A DNA stretch of 64,000 nucleotides from an uncultured Bacilli bacterium (GCA_947632595.1 CANRPY010000006.1:802-64801), one strand, 5' to 3'; shown: positions 54,671-63,585, counted from the first letter of the stretch. Program-made: numbers and translations. Notes: generated by a model not told the origin, from the sequence alone.

Positions 54671-55405
54671 ATGGGATTATTCATTACTTTTCTTTTGGGT
54701 CTTTTTTTCCTTCTTGGTGTTTTGGTTATCTTTTTTGGAAAAAATACGAAGACAATTGAGAATTTATCTATTTCTATTGCTTTAGGAACTATGGTCTCTT
54801 TAATTGGTTTTGATCTTGGTCCAGAAGTTTTAGAACATACCAAAGACATTCCTCTTTTCTTACTTTTTTTATTTATGATTTTTGGAATTGCACTTTTAAA
54901 AGGACTTGATTTCTTTGTTCCTGATCATGATGAGGGACATGGTTTTCACCATCATTGTAGTGAAGAAAATTTGGTTCATATCGGGATTATTTCTTTGGTT
55001 GCGATTAGTCTTCATAATGTTATTGAAGGAATGGCTGTTTATAGTCTTGTGAGTGAATCGGTTAAAACTGGAATTTTTGTTGCTTTGGGAGTTGGACTTC
55101 ATAATATTCCTATGGGTATGGTTATTGCTTCTACCATGGAACATGAGAAGATGCCTCATAAACTTATTGCCTATGGTGTTGCGAGTATCTCTACTTTCTT
55201 AGGCGGAGTCTTAATGTTTTTCATTCATCCTTTTATCTCAGGTGGAGTTATCGCTGCACTTTTATCGATTACTCTTGGAATGATTTTTTATATTGTTCTT
55301 TTTGAACTGATTCCTCATGTGTTTCATTCTGAAAATAAAAAAATATCGGTATTAGGATTTGTTATTGGAGTTGTTCTTTTGCTTCTTAGTACGTTATTTG
55401 AATAG
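54671..55405 (+). CDS. ZIP-family divalent metal (zinc) transporter
   Basis: Polytopic. A His-rich loop HDEGHGFHHH, then HNVIEGMAV and GLHNIPMGM motifs. TGcTATAAT promoter upstream. Confidence 0.8.
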   Translation: MGLFITFLLGLFFLLGVLVIFFGKNTKTIENLSISIALGTMVSLIGFDLGPEVLEHTKDIPLFLLFLFMIFGIALLKGLDFFVPDHDEGHGFHHHCSEENLVHIGIISLVAISLHNVIEGMAVYSLVSESVKTGIFVALGVGLHNIPMGMVIASTMEHEKMPHKLIAYGVASISTFLGGVLMFFIHPFISGGVIAALLSITLGMIFYIVLFELIPHVFHSENKKISVLGFVIGVVLLLLSTLFE

Positions 55406-55410
55406 AAATT

Positions 55411-55440
55411 GTCATGTTTCTTACATGACTTTCTTTTTTT
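55411..55440 (+). terminator. Rho-independent terminator
   Basis: GTCATGT-TTCTT-ACATGAC followed by a T-rich run. Confidence 0.75.
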
Positions 55441-55472
55441 ATGGTATACTTTTTTTAGATAGGAGAGATTAT

Positions 55473-56741
55473 ATGGAATTTGTAACGTTAAGTCAAAAGG
55501 AATTTTTAGAATTTTCAGAGAGAAGTCCATATACTAGTTTTTTTCAAATGCCTCTTTGGGCAGAAGTAAAAAAAGATAATGGTTGGGGTTCCTATTTTGT
55601 TGGATTAAAGGATGGGAAAAAGGTTGTTGCAGCAACACTATTATTGTATAAAAAGATTCGATTCTTTAAAAATATGTTTTATGCACCTAGAGGTTTCTTA
55701 CTTGATTATTCCAATCTTTCTTTATTAGAAGAATTTTGTCATGAAATCCAAAAATTCTTAAAAGATAAAAATGCTTTATTTTTAAAAATTAATCCTTATG
55801 TTGATTATCAGCAACGAACAGTTGATGGGGATATCGTTCCAGATACTGCAAGAGATGATTTGATGAAGACATTTGAAAAGTTAGGTTTTCGTCATAATGG
55901 ATTTTATATTGATCAAGATAAAAAGACAGATCTGGAACCAAGATGGATTTCTGTACTCGATTTAAAAAATATTTCTAGCATAGATGAAGCTTATAAAAAT
56001 ATGAGAAGTAGTACGAAATGGAGAATTAATAATTCCCATAAAAATTCATTAGAAATTATGGAAGCTGATATGGATAATTTGTATGAATTTAAAAATTTGA
56101 TGAAACATACGGCAGAGAGAAGAGAATTTGTTGATCGACCTTTATCTTATTATCAAAATATGTTTCAGGTTCTAAAGAAGGAAAATTTAGTAAAAGTTTT
56201 ACTTGTTAAAATCCATTTTCAAGAATTATTAGATCATTCTCGTAAGATGTTAGAAGAGTGTGATGAGAAAATTATTTCTTTAAAAGAAAATTCTAGAAAA
56301 GAAAAACAATTAAAGGAAGTTGAACTTGAAAAAGAAAGATTACTTGAAAAAATCCGTGTATTAGAAGAGACCATTCAAGAATATGGAGAGGAAAAGATTA
56401 TTGCAGGTGGATGGTATATGTTATATGGAAGAGAAGTCAACTACTTATTTGGGGCAAGTTATAAACAATTTATGAAATATAATTCTCAATATTTATTACA
56501 ATATGAAATGATTCAGTATGCGATAGATCATGGATATCAGGCATTTAATTTTTATGGAATTGATGGTAATTTTGATGAGAGTTCTAAAGGATTTGGATTA
56601 TTTGATTTTAAACGAGGATTTAATGCTTGTGTTCATGAATTAGTAGGAGAGTTTGATCTTATTATTGATTCTAAAAGATATCGTCTTTATCAATTTAGTT
56701 TTTCTCTTTATAAGAAATTAAAGAAGCTTATTCATCGTTAG
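55473..56741 (+). CDS. FemAB-family aminoacyl-tRNA-dependent peptidoglycan peptide-bridge transferase
   Basis: Two GNAT-like lobes (FFQMPLWAEVK..., YAPRGF...) separated by a Lys/Glu-rich coiled-coil arm (EKIISLKENSRKEKQLKEVELEKERLLEKIRVLEE), with FDFKRGF near the C-terminus. ATG 55473 with RBS AGGAGAG. Confidence 0.8.
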   Translation: MEFVTLSQKEFLEFSERSPYTSFFQMPLWAEVKKDNGWGSYFVGLKDGKKVVAATLLLYKKIRFFKNMFYAPRGFLLDYSNLSLLEEFCHEIQKFLKDKNALFLKINPYVDYQQRTVDGDIVPDTARDDLMKTFEKLGFRHNGFYIDQDKKTDLEPRWISVLDLKNISSIDEAYKNMRSSTKWRINNSHKNSLEIMEADMDNLYEFKNLMKHTAERREFVDRPLSYYQNMFQVLKKENLVKVLLVKIHFQELLDHSRKMLEECDEKIISLKENSRKEKQLKEVELEKERLLEKIRVLEETIQEYGEEKIIAGGWYMLYGREVNYLFGASYKQFMKYNSQYLLQYEMIQYAIDHGYQAFNFYGIDGNFDESSKGFGLFDFKRGFNACVHELVGEFDLIIDSKRYRLYQFSFSLYKKLKKLIHR

Positions 56742-56763
56742 TATTTTGTTAGGAGTGGTACTT

Positions 56764-57318
56764 TTGAAAAAAATATATATTGTTTTATCTTATACAGGAA
56801 CAATTCTTTCGCGTGTAGTAAAGTTATATACTCAAAAAGAATTTTCTCATGTTTCTATTTCTCTTGATAAGGGACTTCGACATATGTATAGTTTTGGAAG
56901 ATTACATGCTTATAATCCTTTTATTGCGGGGTTTGTACAAGAGTCTCCTGACTATGGAACGTTTAAGAGATTTTCTAATACGACAACAGAGATTTACTCT
57001 TTAAAAGTCAGTAATCAAGATTATTGGAAGATAAGTCGTGCTATTTATAAAATGGAAAGAGATAGAGATGAGTATGCTTTTAATATGTTGGGGTTACTTA
57101 TGGTTGCGGGAAATTATCATTTAAAAAGAAATCGTCATTTCTATTGTGCAGAGTTTGTGAAATATGTATTAGATTGTTCTTCTTTACAATTAAATTTACC
57201 TGAGATTGTAAAACCAGATGATTTTTTGAAAGTAGATGGTATTCAGTTAGAGTATAAGGGTAAATTAAAGGATTATTCTAGTGGCCTTTCCGAACAAGAG
57301 GTTCTTCTTGAAGGATGA
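56764..57318 (+). CDS. Putative permuted papain/NlpC-P60-like amidase (YiiX/C92-like), uncertain
   Basis: His-before-Cys order: EFSHVSISLD ... RHFYCAEFVKY. TTG 56764 start with RBS AGGAG. 22 nt downstream of the femAB-like gene. Confidence 0.35.
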   Translation: MKKIYIVLSYTGTILSRVVKLYTQKEFSHVSISLDKGLRHMYSFGRLHAYNPFIAGFVQESPDYGTFKRFSNTTTEIYSLKVSNQDYWKISRAIYKMERDRDEYAFNMLGLLMVAGNYHLKRNRHFYCAEFVKYVLDCSSLQLNLPEIVKPDDFLKVDGIQLEYKGKLKDYSSGLSEQEVLLEG

Positions 57319-57322
57319 GTAG

Positions 57323-57619
57323 GTGATTTTTGTGGATTTAAAAGATCAGTTTCGCTATTTTGTAGGAGGATATTATGGAGTCTCACTCATGGATGAGTAT
57401 CCTTTGAAAGAATTTATCTTGAAGGATATTCAGGAGTACCTTACGAATTTTATCGAGTGTAATCCTATAGATTCTTTTTCTTATTTAGAAGAGGCAGAGA
57501 AAATCAAAGATGAAGTATCTGATCGAGTAAAATTACAAGATGCTCTTCTTGTTTTACAGAAGATACAAGGACCTATGGATTTGGTATTTTTGATTCAAAA
57601 GAGATTGAAGAAAAAATAG
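57323..57619 (+). CDS. Small hypothetical cytoplasmic protein
   Basis: 98 aa, GTG start 4 nt after the upstream stop. No motif recognised. Confidence 0.35.
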   Translation: MIFVDLKDQFRYFVGGYYGVSLMDEYPLKEFILKDIQEYLTNFIECNPIDSFSYLEEAEKIKDEVSDRVKLQDALLVLQKIQGPMDLVFLIQKRLKKK

Positions 57620-57694
57620 AGGAAGAAACTTTTTGAATATTTCTTTTCTTTCTATTTTGGTTATGATATATTTTAAATAAAGGTAGGGATTTAT

Positions 57695-58516
57695 GTGAAA
57701 AAAATATTATGCATTGTTGTACTTGCTTTTGTTTTGTTGTTTTGTACAGCTTGTGAAGGAGATGTTACAAGAGCTCTTCGACATGAAGGATTTAGTGTTG
57801 GAGGAGAGTTTGAATGTGAAGCTTTCTTTGGAGAAAATGCAACCGAAAAAGCACGTTATTTAACAAGTGGTGGAAAACTTATTACGACAGAGGGTAGAAT
57901 CTATGAAGTTTCTTTTCAACAAAAGTATTCTAATGGTTCTCATTGTAAAGTAGCAGATTCTACTTTAAAAGTAGTTTCTATTTTCGATGATAAAATCTTT
58001 AAAGCAGATGATGGAAAACTTTATACATTAAATGCTGAAAATAATACGAATGCTTATACAGAAGTTAGTACCTCTGATAATTCTTATGCTATCTATGAAC
58101 TTTTGTTATCTCCAAGTGATGTAATTAAGGCTGTTACGGCAGATAGCAATAATGGCATTTATTATGTTTTAAAAAGTGATGGAAATGTTTATGCTGTTAC
58201 GATTACAAAAGCAACAGGTGGTGGAGCACCTAGTATTGCTAGTACCATAGTCGTATACAATAGTGCGGATTTTGGTGGTAATATTATTGATTTTGGCTAT
58301 AACGGAAATAGTTCTTCTACTTTTGTTAGAACAGAGACAAAAGTTTACCGAATGAAAGCAACGAATGCTGATGAGTGCTCTAAGTTTGCAGATGTTCCTT
58401 GTGATTACCAAATTATGGAGTCACCTTTCTTTGAAGAATATAAAGATTATGTATTTGTTTATAATGGTTCTACTGTTATTACCACTTATCAAAAAATCTT
58501 TAGTGTTTCAGGGTAG
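57695..58516 (+). CDS. Putative lipoprotein with repeated G-x-[IV]-Y-x-[VL] strands (beta-propeller-like)
   Basis: GTG start and signal peptide MKKILCIVVLAFVLLFCTAC with a lipobox-like TAC. Recurrent EGRIYEV, DGKLYTL, NGIYYVL, DGNVYAV, TKVYRM. Confidence 0.5.
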   Translation: MKKILCIVVLAFVLLFCTACEGDVTRALRHEGFSVGGEFECEAFFGENATEKARYLTSGGKLITTEGRIYEVSFQQKYSNGSHCKVADSTLKVVSIFDDKIFKADDGKLYTLNAENNTNAYTEVSTSDNSYAIYELLLSPSDVIKAVTADSNNGIYYVLKSDGNVYAVTITKATGGGAPSIASTIVVYNSADFGGNIIDFGYNGNSSSTFVRTETKVYRMKATNADECSKFADVPCDYQIMESPFFEEYKDYVFVYNGSTVITTYQKIFSVSG

Positions 58517-58585
58517 AAAGTAAGAGGGTAGCCTTTTACTTTTTTCTTTCTCATGATATAATATGTTGGAATTGAGGTGCTTAGT

Positions 58586-59455
58586 ATGCTAGTTGCTGAT
58601 GAGTGGAGTGAATACGAACTACTGGATGCTTCTTGTGGTTGGAAATATGAAAGATGGGGAGATGTTTTTCTTCTTCGACCAGATCCTCAAATTATTTGGG
58701 ATAATGGAAATTTAGAAGAAAAGTACCAAGGAAAGATTGATGCCATTTATTATCGAAGTCATCAAGGAGGAGGACATTGGGAAAACTTAAAAAAAGTTCC
58801 TCTATCTTGGGAGATTCATTATCGAAATTTAACTTTTCATATTAAACAAATGGGATTTAAACATACTGGTTTATTTCCAGAGCAAGCTGTAAATTGGGAT
58901 TTTATGATTCGAAAGATTCAAAATGCGGGACGTGAAATACGCGTACTCAATTTATTTGCTTATACTGGAGGAGCTACGGTTGCTTGCCTTTCTGCAGGAG
59001 CTCATGTTACTCATGTGGATTCTTCTCGAGGAATGGTAGACTGGTGCAAAGAAAATGTTCTTAGTAGTGGCTATCAAGGAGACCATGTTCGTTATTTAGT
59101 AGATGATGTTATTAAGTTTGTTCAAAGAGAAATCCGTAGAGGAAATCAGTATGATGCTATTGTCATGGATCCACCTAGTTATGGAAGAGGAGCGAATGGG
59201 GAAGTTTGGGATATTGAGAAAAATTTAACTTACCTTGTTCAACTATGTATGCAAATATTATCTCCTAAACCATTGTTCTTTTTAATTAATTCTTATACGA
59301 CAGGTCTTTCTCCTGTTGTTCTTGCGAATTTGTTAACGACTTCTTTTCAAAACTATTCTGGAACAGTATCTTGTGGAGAAGTAGGACTTCCTATTACGAA
59401 TAATCAAATGATTTTGCCATGTGGCATTTATGGAAGATGGGAAGAAAATGAATAA
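58586..59455 (+). CDS. Class I SAM-dependent (rRNA large-subunit type) methyltransferase
   Basis: VLNLFAYTGGATVA (motif I) and IVMDPPSYG (DPP-[YF] motif IV typical of RNA m5C/m6A-type enzymes). ATG 58586 with RBS GAGGTG. Confidence 0.7.
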   Translation: MLVADEWSEYELLDASCGWKYERWGDVFLLRPDPQIIWDNGNLEEKYQGKIDAIYYRSHQGGGHWENLKKVPLSWEIHYRNLTFHIKQMGFKHTGLFPEQAVNWDFMIRKIQNAGREIRVLNLFAYTGGATVACLSAGAHVTHVDSSRGMVDWCKENVLSSGYQGDHVRYLVDDVIKFVQREIRRGNQYDAIVMDPPSYGRGANGEVWDIEKNLTYLVQLCMQILSPKPLFFLINSYTTGLSPVVLANLLTTSFQNYSGTVSCGEVGLPITNNQMILPCGIYGRWEENE

Positions 59456-60104
59456 ATTAAATGTTTTATATGAAGATAATCATATTATAGTTGTGGTAAA
59501 ACCTTTTAATATGCTTAGTCAAAAAGATGCAACGGGAGATATTTCTCTTTTAGATGTTGTGAAAGATTATATTAAGAAAAAATATCATAAACCAGGTAAT
59601 GTTTATTTAGGACTTGTTCACCGACTAGATCGCCCCGTTGGGGGGATTATGGTTTTTGCACGAAGCAGTAAAGCGGCTAGTCGCCTTACGAAAGCCTTCC
59701 AGGAACATTCTATTACGAAGAAGTATCTTGCCATTGTTCATGGTAAATTAGAAGGTAGTGGAGAATGGGTTGATAAGATTGAAAAGGGAAGTGATGGAAA
59801 GTCTTTTCTTAGTCCTAATGGAAAAGAGGCTATTTTAGATTATGAGGCTTTACAGTATCAAGAGAAGGATGACTGTACACTTGTGTCTATTTCTTTAAAG
59901 ACAGGAAGACATCATCAGATACGAGTACAATTTGCTAGTAGAGGGCATTCTTTGGTTGGAGATCAGAGATATGGTGTTCTGGATAAAAAACAGATTTGTT
60001 TATTTTCTTATTATTTATCTTTTCATCATCCTGTAACGAAAGAACTCCTTGAATTTCAAACTTTTCCGGAGCCTGTTGGAGATTGGACAAAATTTACACT
60101 GTAA
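59448..60104 (+). CDS. RluA-family pseudouridine synthase
   Basis: YEDNHIIVVVKP, catalytic HRLDRPVGG, and GRHHQIRVQF motifs. ATG 59448 overlaps the methyltransferase 3' end. Confidence 0.85.
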   Translation: MNKLNVLYEDNHIIVVVKPFNMLSQKDATGDISLLDVVKDYIKKKYHKPGNVYLGLVHRLDRPVGGIMVFARSSKAASRLTKAFQEHSITKKYLAIVHGKLEGSGEWVDKIEKGSDGKSFLSPNGKEAILDYEALQYQEKDDCTLVSISLKTGRHHQIRVQFASRGHSLVGDQRYGVLDKKQICLFSYYLSFHHPVTKELLEFQTFPEPVGDWTKFTL

Positions 60105-60122
60105 AAAATATGTACAAAAAAT

Positions 60123-60148
60123 AAAATATTTGCAATTGCAAATATTTT
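60123..60148. terminator. 26-bp perfect palindrome, probable terminator
   Basis: AAAATATTTGCAATTGCAAATATTTT followed by TT, about 19 nt after the rluA-like stop. Confidence 0.6.
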
Positions 60149-60187
60149 TTGTTATCATATTTATAGATTATAGAATAAAGGGAGTAG

Positions 60188-60976
60188 ATGTTCATGAGTT
60201 TTGATTTAGGATGGTTTACTACGTTACCAGGTTTATTTATTACTGGTGGTGTATTATTTTTAATTTTAGCGTTAGTTTTATTAATTGTAACAAGCAAGAA
60301 ATCTAAGAAAGAGAAGAAAGCTAAGGAAGAGGCTGATGCTATGAATGAACAACAACCTGCTATGGCTGCTGTTCCTAGTGCTCCTGTACCTGCTGCACCT
60401 ACACCTGTTGTAGAGACTGCTGTTGATCCTAATCCTGTTCCAACAGGAACTGTTGCTCCTGCACCAGTAGAAGTTCAACCACAACCTACTACTCCAGTTG
60501 CTCAACCTGCACCTGTACAACCTGCTGTTAGTGCTCCACAACCTGCACCTGTTATGCCAGCAATGCCTGCTACGGTACCTGCTGCACCTACACCTGTTGC
60601 TCCAGCACCTCAACCAGCACCTGTTGTGCCAAGTGCTCCTGTTATGCCTACACCACAACCTGTTCCTGTACAACCTGCTGCACCTGCACCTCAACCAGCA
60701 CCTGTTGTAAAAGCTGCTCCTGAGATGAGTGCTCCTGCACAACCTACGACACCAGTTATTTACGGAGGAGCAAATCCTACGGTTCCTGCTGTTCAACCAG
60801 CACCAGTGCAACCAACTTCTATTTATGGAGGAGCAAGTCCTACGGGTACGATTACACCAGCACCTGTTGGGCCAGTATCTCCGGTTGGACCTATGGGTGG
60901 ACCTGTTGATGTTAATCCTGCAGTTGCCCCTGTTCCACCAGTTGCTTCTGTTGGACCTGTGCCACCAATTCAATAA
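60188..60976 (+). CDS. N-terminally membrane-anchored Pro/Ala/Val-rich low-complexity protein
   Basis: TM LPGLFITGGVLFLILALVLLIV, a KKSKKEKKAKEE stop-transfer segment, then ~210 aa of PAPV/PQPA-type repeats to the C-terminus. Locally much more G+C-rich than the flanks. Confidence 0.6.
   Translation: MFMSFDLGWFTTLPGLFITGGVLFLILALVLLIVTSKKSKKEKKAKEEADAMNEQQPAMAAVPSAPVPAAPTPVVETAVDPNPVPTGTVAPAPVEVQPQPTTPVAQPAPVQPAVSAPQPAPVMPAMPATVPAAPTPVAPAPQPAPVVPSAPVMPTPQPVPVQPAAPAPQPAPVVKAAPEMSAPAQPTTPVIYGGANPTVPAVQPAPVQPTSIYGGASPTGTITPAPVGPVSPVGPMGGPVDVNPAVAPVPPVASVGPVPPIQ
60340..60970 (+). repeat. Imperfect short tandem/dispersed repeats (CCTGCACCTGTT, CAACCTGC units) encoding the P/A-rich region
   Basis: For example, GCACCTCAACCAGCACCTGTTGT occurs twice (about 60607 and 60686). 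This composition creates a 230-codon antisense shadow ORF. Confidence 0.7.
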
Positions 60977-60984
60977 AAAATTAC

Positions 60985-61012
60985 AAAAAAGTATTTAAAA
61001 TACTTTTTTTTT
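60985..61012 (+). terminator. Rho-independent terminator
   Basis: AAAAAAGTATTT-AAATACTTTTTT palindrome followed by a T-run. Confidence 0.75.
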
Positions 61013-61068
61013 GCTTTGATATTGGAGTTCTTGCCAAAATAATGGTATAATTTTTTTAAGGTGATCTT

Positions 61069-62220
61069 ATGAAGAAGGTATCTATTTTAGCCTTACATTT
61101 AGGATTTGGTGGAATTGAAAAGTCTATTGTCTCTTTAGCCAATGTTTTATGTAAGCGTTATCAAGTAGAGATTGCTGTTTGTTATCGGTTATTTCCTGAA
61201 CCTGTTTTTGAGTTAGACGATAAAGTGAAGATCGTTTATTTAAATCAAGATGATCTTCTTCCTAATCGAGAAGCTTTTCATGATGCGGTTTCTTCTCATA
61301 ATATTTTCAAAATCTTTCATGAGGGTATGTTTAGTATGAAAGTTTTACATTATCGTAAAAAGAATATGGTAAATTACCTTCGTAAATGTGATAGTGATGT
61401 CATTATTTCTACGAGAGATATTTTTAATGAGTGGACAGGTATATATGCAAAAGAGGGAATTATAAAAATTGGTTGGGAACATAATCATTTCCATGATGAT
61501 TTGAAATATGCTAACAAAGTAGTGGATAGTTGTAAGAATCTAGATTACTTGGTTTTGGTTTCTTCTAATTTACAAGACTATTATAGTAGACGATTAGAGG
61601 GAACGAAATGTATGTGTATCTATATTCCTAATTGTCTAGATAAGATTCCTAAACATAAATCTCCTCTTAAGGAGAAGAGATTAATTAGTGTTGGAAGACT
61701 TTCTCCTGAGAAAGGGTATTTGGATTTATTACGAGTATATCATATCTTGTATAAAAAGTATCCGGATTGGAAACTTGATATCGTGGGAGATGGCGTTGAG
61801 AAAAAATTACTAGAAGAATATATTCACATTCATCATATGGAAGAATATGTCACCTTACATGGCTTCTTAAAAAAAGATAAGATTGATCAGTTGATGCAGA
61901 AGTCTTCTATTTATTTGATGACGTCTCATACAGAGTCTTTTGGAATTGTATTAATTGAAGCTATGAGTCATGGACTTCCTTGTATTGCGATGGATTCTGC
62001 TGAGGGAGCAAGAGAAATTATTAGTAGTGGAAATAATGGATATTTAATTAAACATAGAAATTATGATGCAATGGTTAAGAAAATAGGAGATCTCATAGAA
62101 GATCGTGAAGAAAGATTACAATTAGGGGAAAATGCTCGTGAAAGTGTTATGAAATACACAAGTGATGTTGTCGGAGAAAATTGGTTTGCTATTATAGAAG
62201 AGAGTGATGTATATGAATAA
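61069..62220 (+). CDS. GT4-family (GT-B) glycosyltransferase
   Basis: GFGGIEK near the N-terminus and the C-terminal E-x7-E region SHTESFGIVLIEAMSHGLP. TGgTATAAT promoter upstream. Confidence 0.8.
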   Translation: MKKVSILALHLGFGGIEKSIVSLANVLCKRYQVEIAVCYRLFPEPVFELDDKVKIVYLNQDDLLPNREAFHDAVSSHNIFKIFHEGMFSMKVLHYRKKNMVNYLRKCDSDVIISTRDIFNEWTGIYAKEGIIKIGWEHNHFHDDLKYANKVVDSCKNLDYLVLVSSNLQDYYSRRLEGTKCMCIYIPNCLDKIPKHKSPLKEKRLISVGRLSPEKGYLDLLRVYHILYKKYPDWKLDIVGDGVEKKLLEEYIHIHHMEEYVTLHGFLKKDKIDQLMQKSSIYLMTSHTESFGIVLIEAMSHGLPCIAMDSAEGAREIISSGNNGYLIKHRNYDAMVKKIGDLIEDREERLQLGENARESVMKYTSDVVGENWFAIIEESDVYE

Positions 62221-62689
62221 GAAAAAAGTTATGTTTATTTCTTCCACGGGAGGTCATTTAGAGGAGTTGTTACAACTTTCTCCTATGTTTTCTAACTATG
62301 ATTTTTGTTTGATTACGGAAAAGACAAAGTCTAATTTATATTTAAAAGAACAATATGGGGATAGGGTATCTTATCTTGCCTATGGTACTAAACATCATAT
62401 TTTTAGTTATCCTTTTAAGTTGTTATGGAACTGTTTTAAAAGTCTTTTTTACTACTTGAAATATACTCCAGACTATATTATTACAACTGGTACTCATACT
62501 GCAGGACCTATGTGTTGTATTGGAAAAATATTGGGTAGTAGAATTATTTATATTGAAACATTTGCTAATATGGTAACTAAGACAGTTACTGGTAAGTTTT
62601 TATATCCAATTAGTGATAAGTTTATTGTTCAGTGGGATAGTATGAAGAAATTGTATCCTAAGAGTGAAGTTGGAGGGTGGATTTTCTAA
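62213..62689 (+). CDS. Alg14-like / PssD-type glycosyltransferase membrane-association subunit
   Basis: FISSTGGHLEEL motif, about 158 aa, followed by an Alg13-like partner. Start overlaps the GT4 stop. Confidence 0.7.
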   Translation: MNKKKVMFISSTGGHLEELLQLSPMFSNYDFCLITEKTKSNLYLKEQYGDRVSYLAYGTKHHIFSYPFKLLWNCFKSLFYYLKYTPDYIITTGTHTAGPMCCIGKILGSRIIYIETFANMVTKTVTGKFLYPISDKFIVQWDSMKKLYPKSEVGGWIF

Positions 62690-63567
62690 TGATTTTGGTT
62701 GTATTAGGTACTCAAGATAAATCGTTTACGCGATTATTAGAGGCAGTTGATCGTGAGATTGAAAAGGGAACGATTCGAGAAAAAGTAATTGTTCAAGCAG
62801 GACAGACAAAATATGAGTCTTCTAATATGGAAATCTTTGATTTTTTACCTGCTCCTGAATTTGATAAGTTAATGGATAAAGCATCTCTTGTCATTACTCA
62901 TGGAGGAGCTGGAACTATTCTTACGGCTATTAAAAAAGGAAAGAAGATTATTGCTGCGGCAAGACTTGAAAAGTATAAGGAACATCATAATGATCATCAA
63001 AAACAAATTATTCATGAATTTGCTAGTAAAGGGTATTTGTTAGAATTAAGAGACTTTCAAAAACTAGGTACTATGATTCAAAAATGTAAGAATTTTAAAC
63101 TTAAGAAATTTGAAAGTAATACTCCTCATATGATTCAGATTTTGGAACAGTATATTGAAAAGGAAGACCATACTGCTTGGTATCATAAATATAAAGAAGG
63201 ATTATTATATTTATTCTTTGGTGGATGTACTACGCTTGTTAATATTATTTCTTTTGTGGTTCTTCGTCAGTTCCATATTACTGTTTATGTTAGTAATGCA
63301 ATTGCTTGGTTTTTATCTGTTTTATTTGCTTTTTTCACAAACAAGATTTTTGTGTTTGAAAGTAGAGGAAAGAGTTTGAAAAAATCGATTCAAGAAGGAG
63401 TTTCTTTCTTTGGATTTCGAGTGTTGTCCTTACTATTTGATATGGGAATTATGTATGTTTTCATTGACTTACTTAGTTGTGGAGAATTTATTTCTAAAGT
63501 CGTATCTAATGTTTTTGTTATTATTATTAATTATGTATTTAGTAAGGTGTTTATCTTTAAAAAATAA
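62689..63567 (+). CDS. Fusion protein: Alg13-like/PssE glycosyltransferase catalytic subunit (N) + GtrA-family 4-TM domain (C)
   Basis: N-terminal part is MILVVLGTQDKSF...LVITHGGAGTIL (Glyco_tran_28_C-like). C-terminal ~125 aa are LLYLFFGGCTTLVNIISFVVL...FFTNKIFVF...INYVFSKVFIF (GtrA pattern). TAATG overlap with the Alg14-like gene. Confidence 0.7.
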   Translation: MILVVLGTQDKSFTRLLEAVDREIEKGTIREKVIVQAGQTKYESSNMEIFDFLPAPEFDKLMDKASLVITHGGAGTILTAIKKGKKIIAAARLEKYKEHHNDHQKQIIHEFASKGYLLELRDFQKLGTMIQKCKNFKLKKFESNTPHMIQILEQYIEKEDHTAWYHKYKEGLLYLFFGGCTTLVNIISFVVLRQFHITVYVSNAIAWFLSVLFAFFTNKIFVFESRGKSLKKSIQEGVSFFGFRVLSLLFDMGIMYVFIDLLSCGEFISKVVSNVFVIIINYVFSKVFIFKK

Positions 63568-63585
63568 AAGGAGGTTGATCTTTTT

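Noticed and set aside
54386-54849. Two minus-strand ORFs (62 and 92 aa) spanning the tRNA-Leu region and the start of the ZIP transporter.
   Set aside because: They overlap a well-folded tRNA, its terminator and a clear transporter gene, so they are not credible as genes.
60123-60148. The 26-bp perfect palindrome, considered as a protein operator site.
   Set aside because: Its position right after the rluA-like stop, its A-run/T-run flanks and its AT-rich 11-13 bp stem fit a bidirectional intrinsic terminator more simply. An operator role cannot be excluded.
60340-60970. Repetitive DNA considered as a CRISPR array or satellite.
   Set aside because: The repeats are short, imperfect, in-frame and coding (P/A/V codons). 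There is no repeat-spacer periodicity and there are no cas genes.
60281-60973. A 230-aa antisense ORF, plus two sense-strand alternative-frame ORFs, across the P/A-rich gene.
   Set aside because: These are shadow ORFs created by the GC-rich, stop-poor repeat composition. The product would be an Arg/Cys/Trp/Asn-rich string with no RBS or TM logic. The + strand frame has an RBS, a TM helix and flanking terminators.
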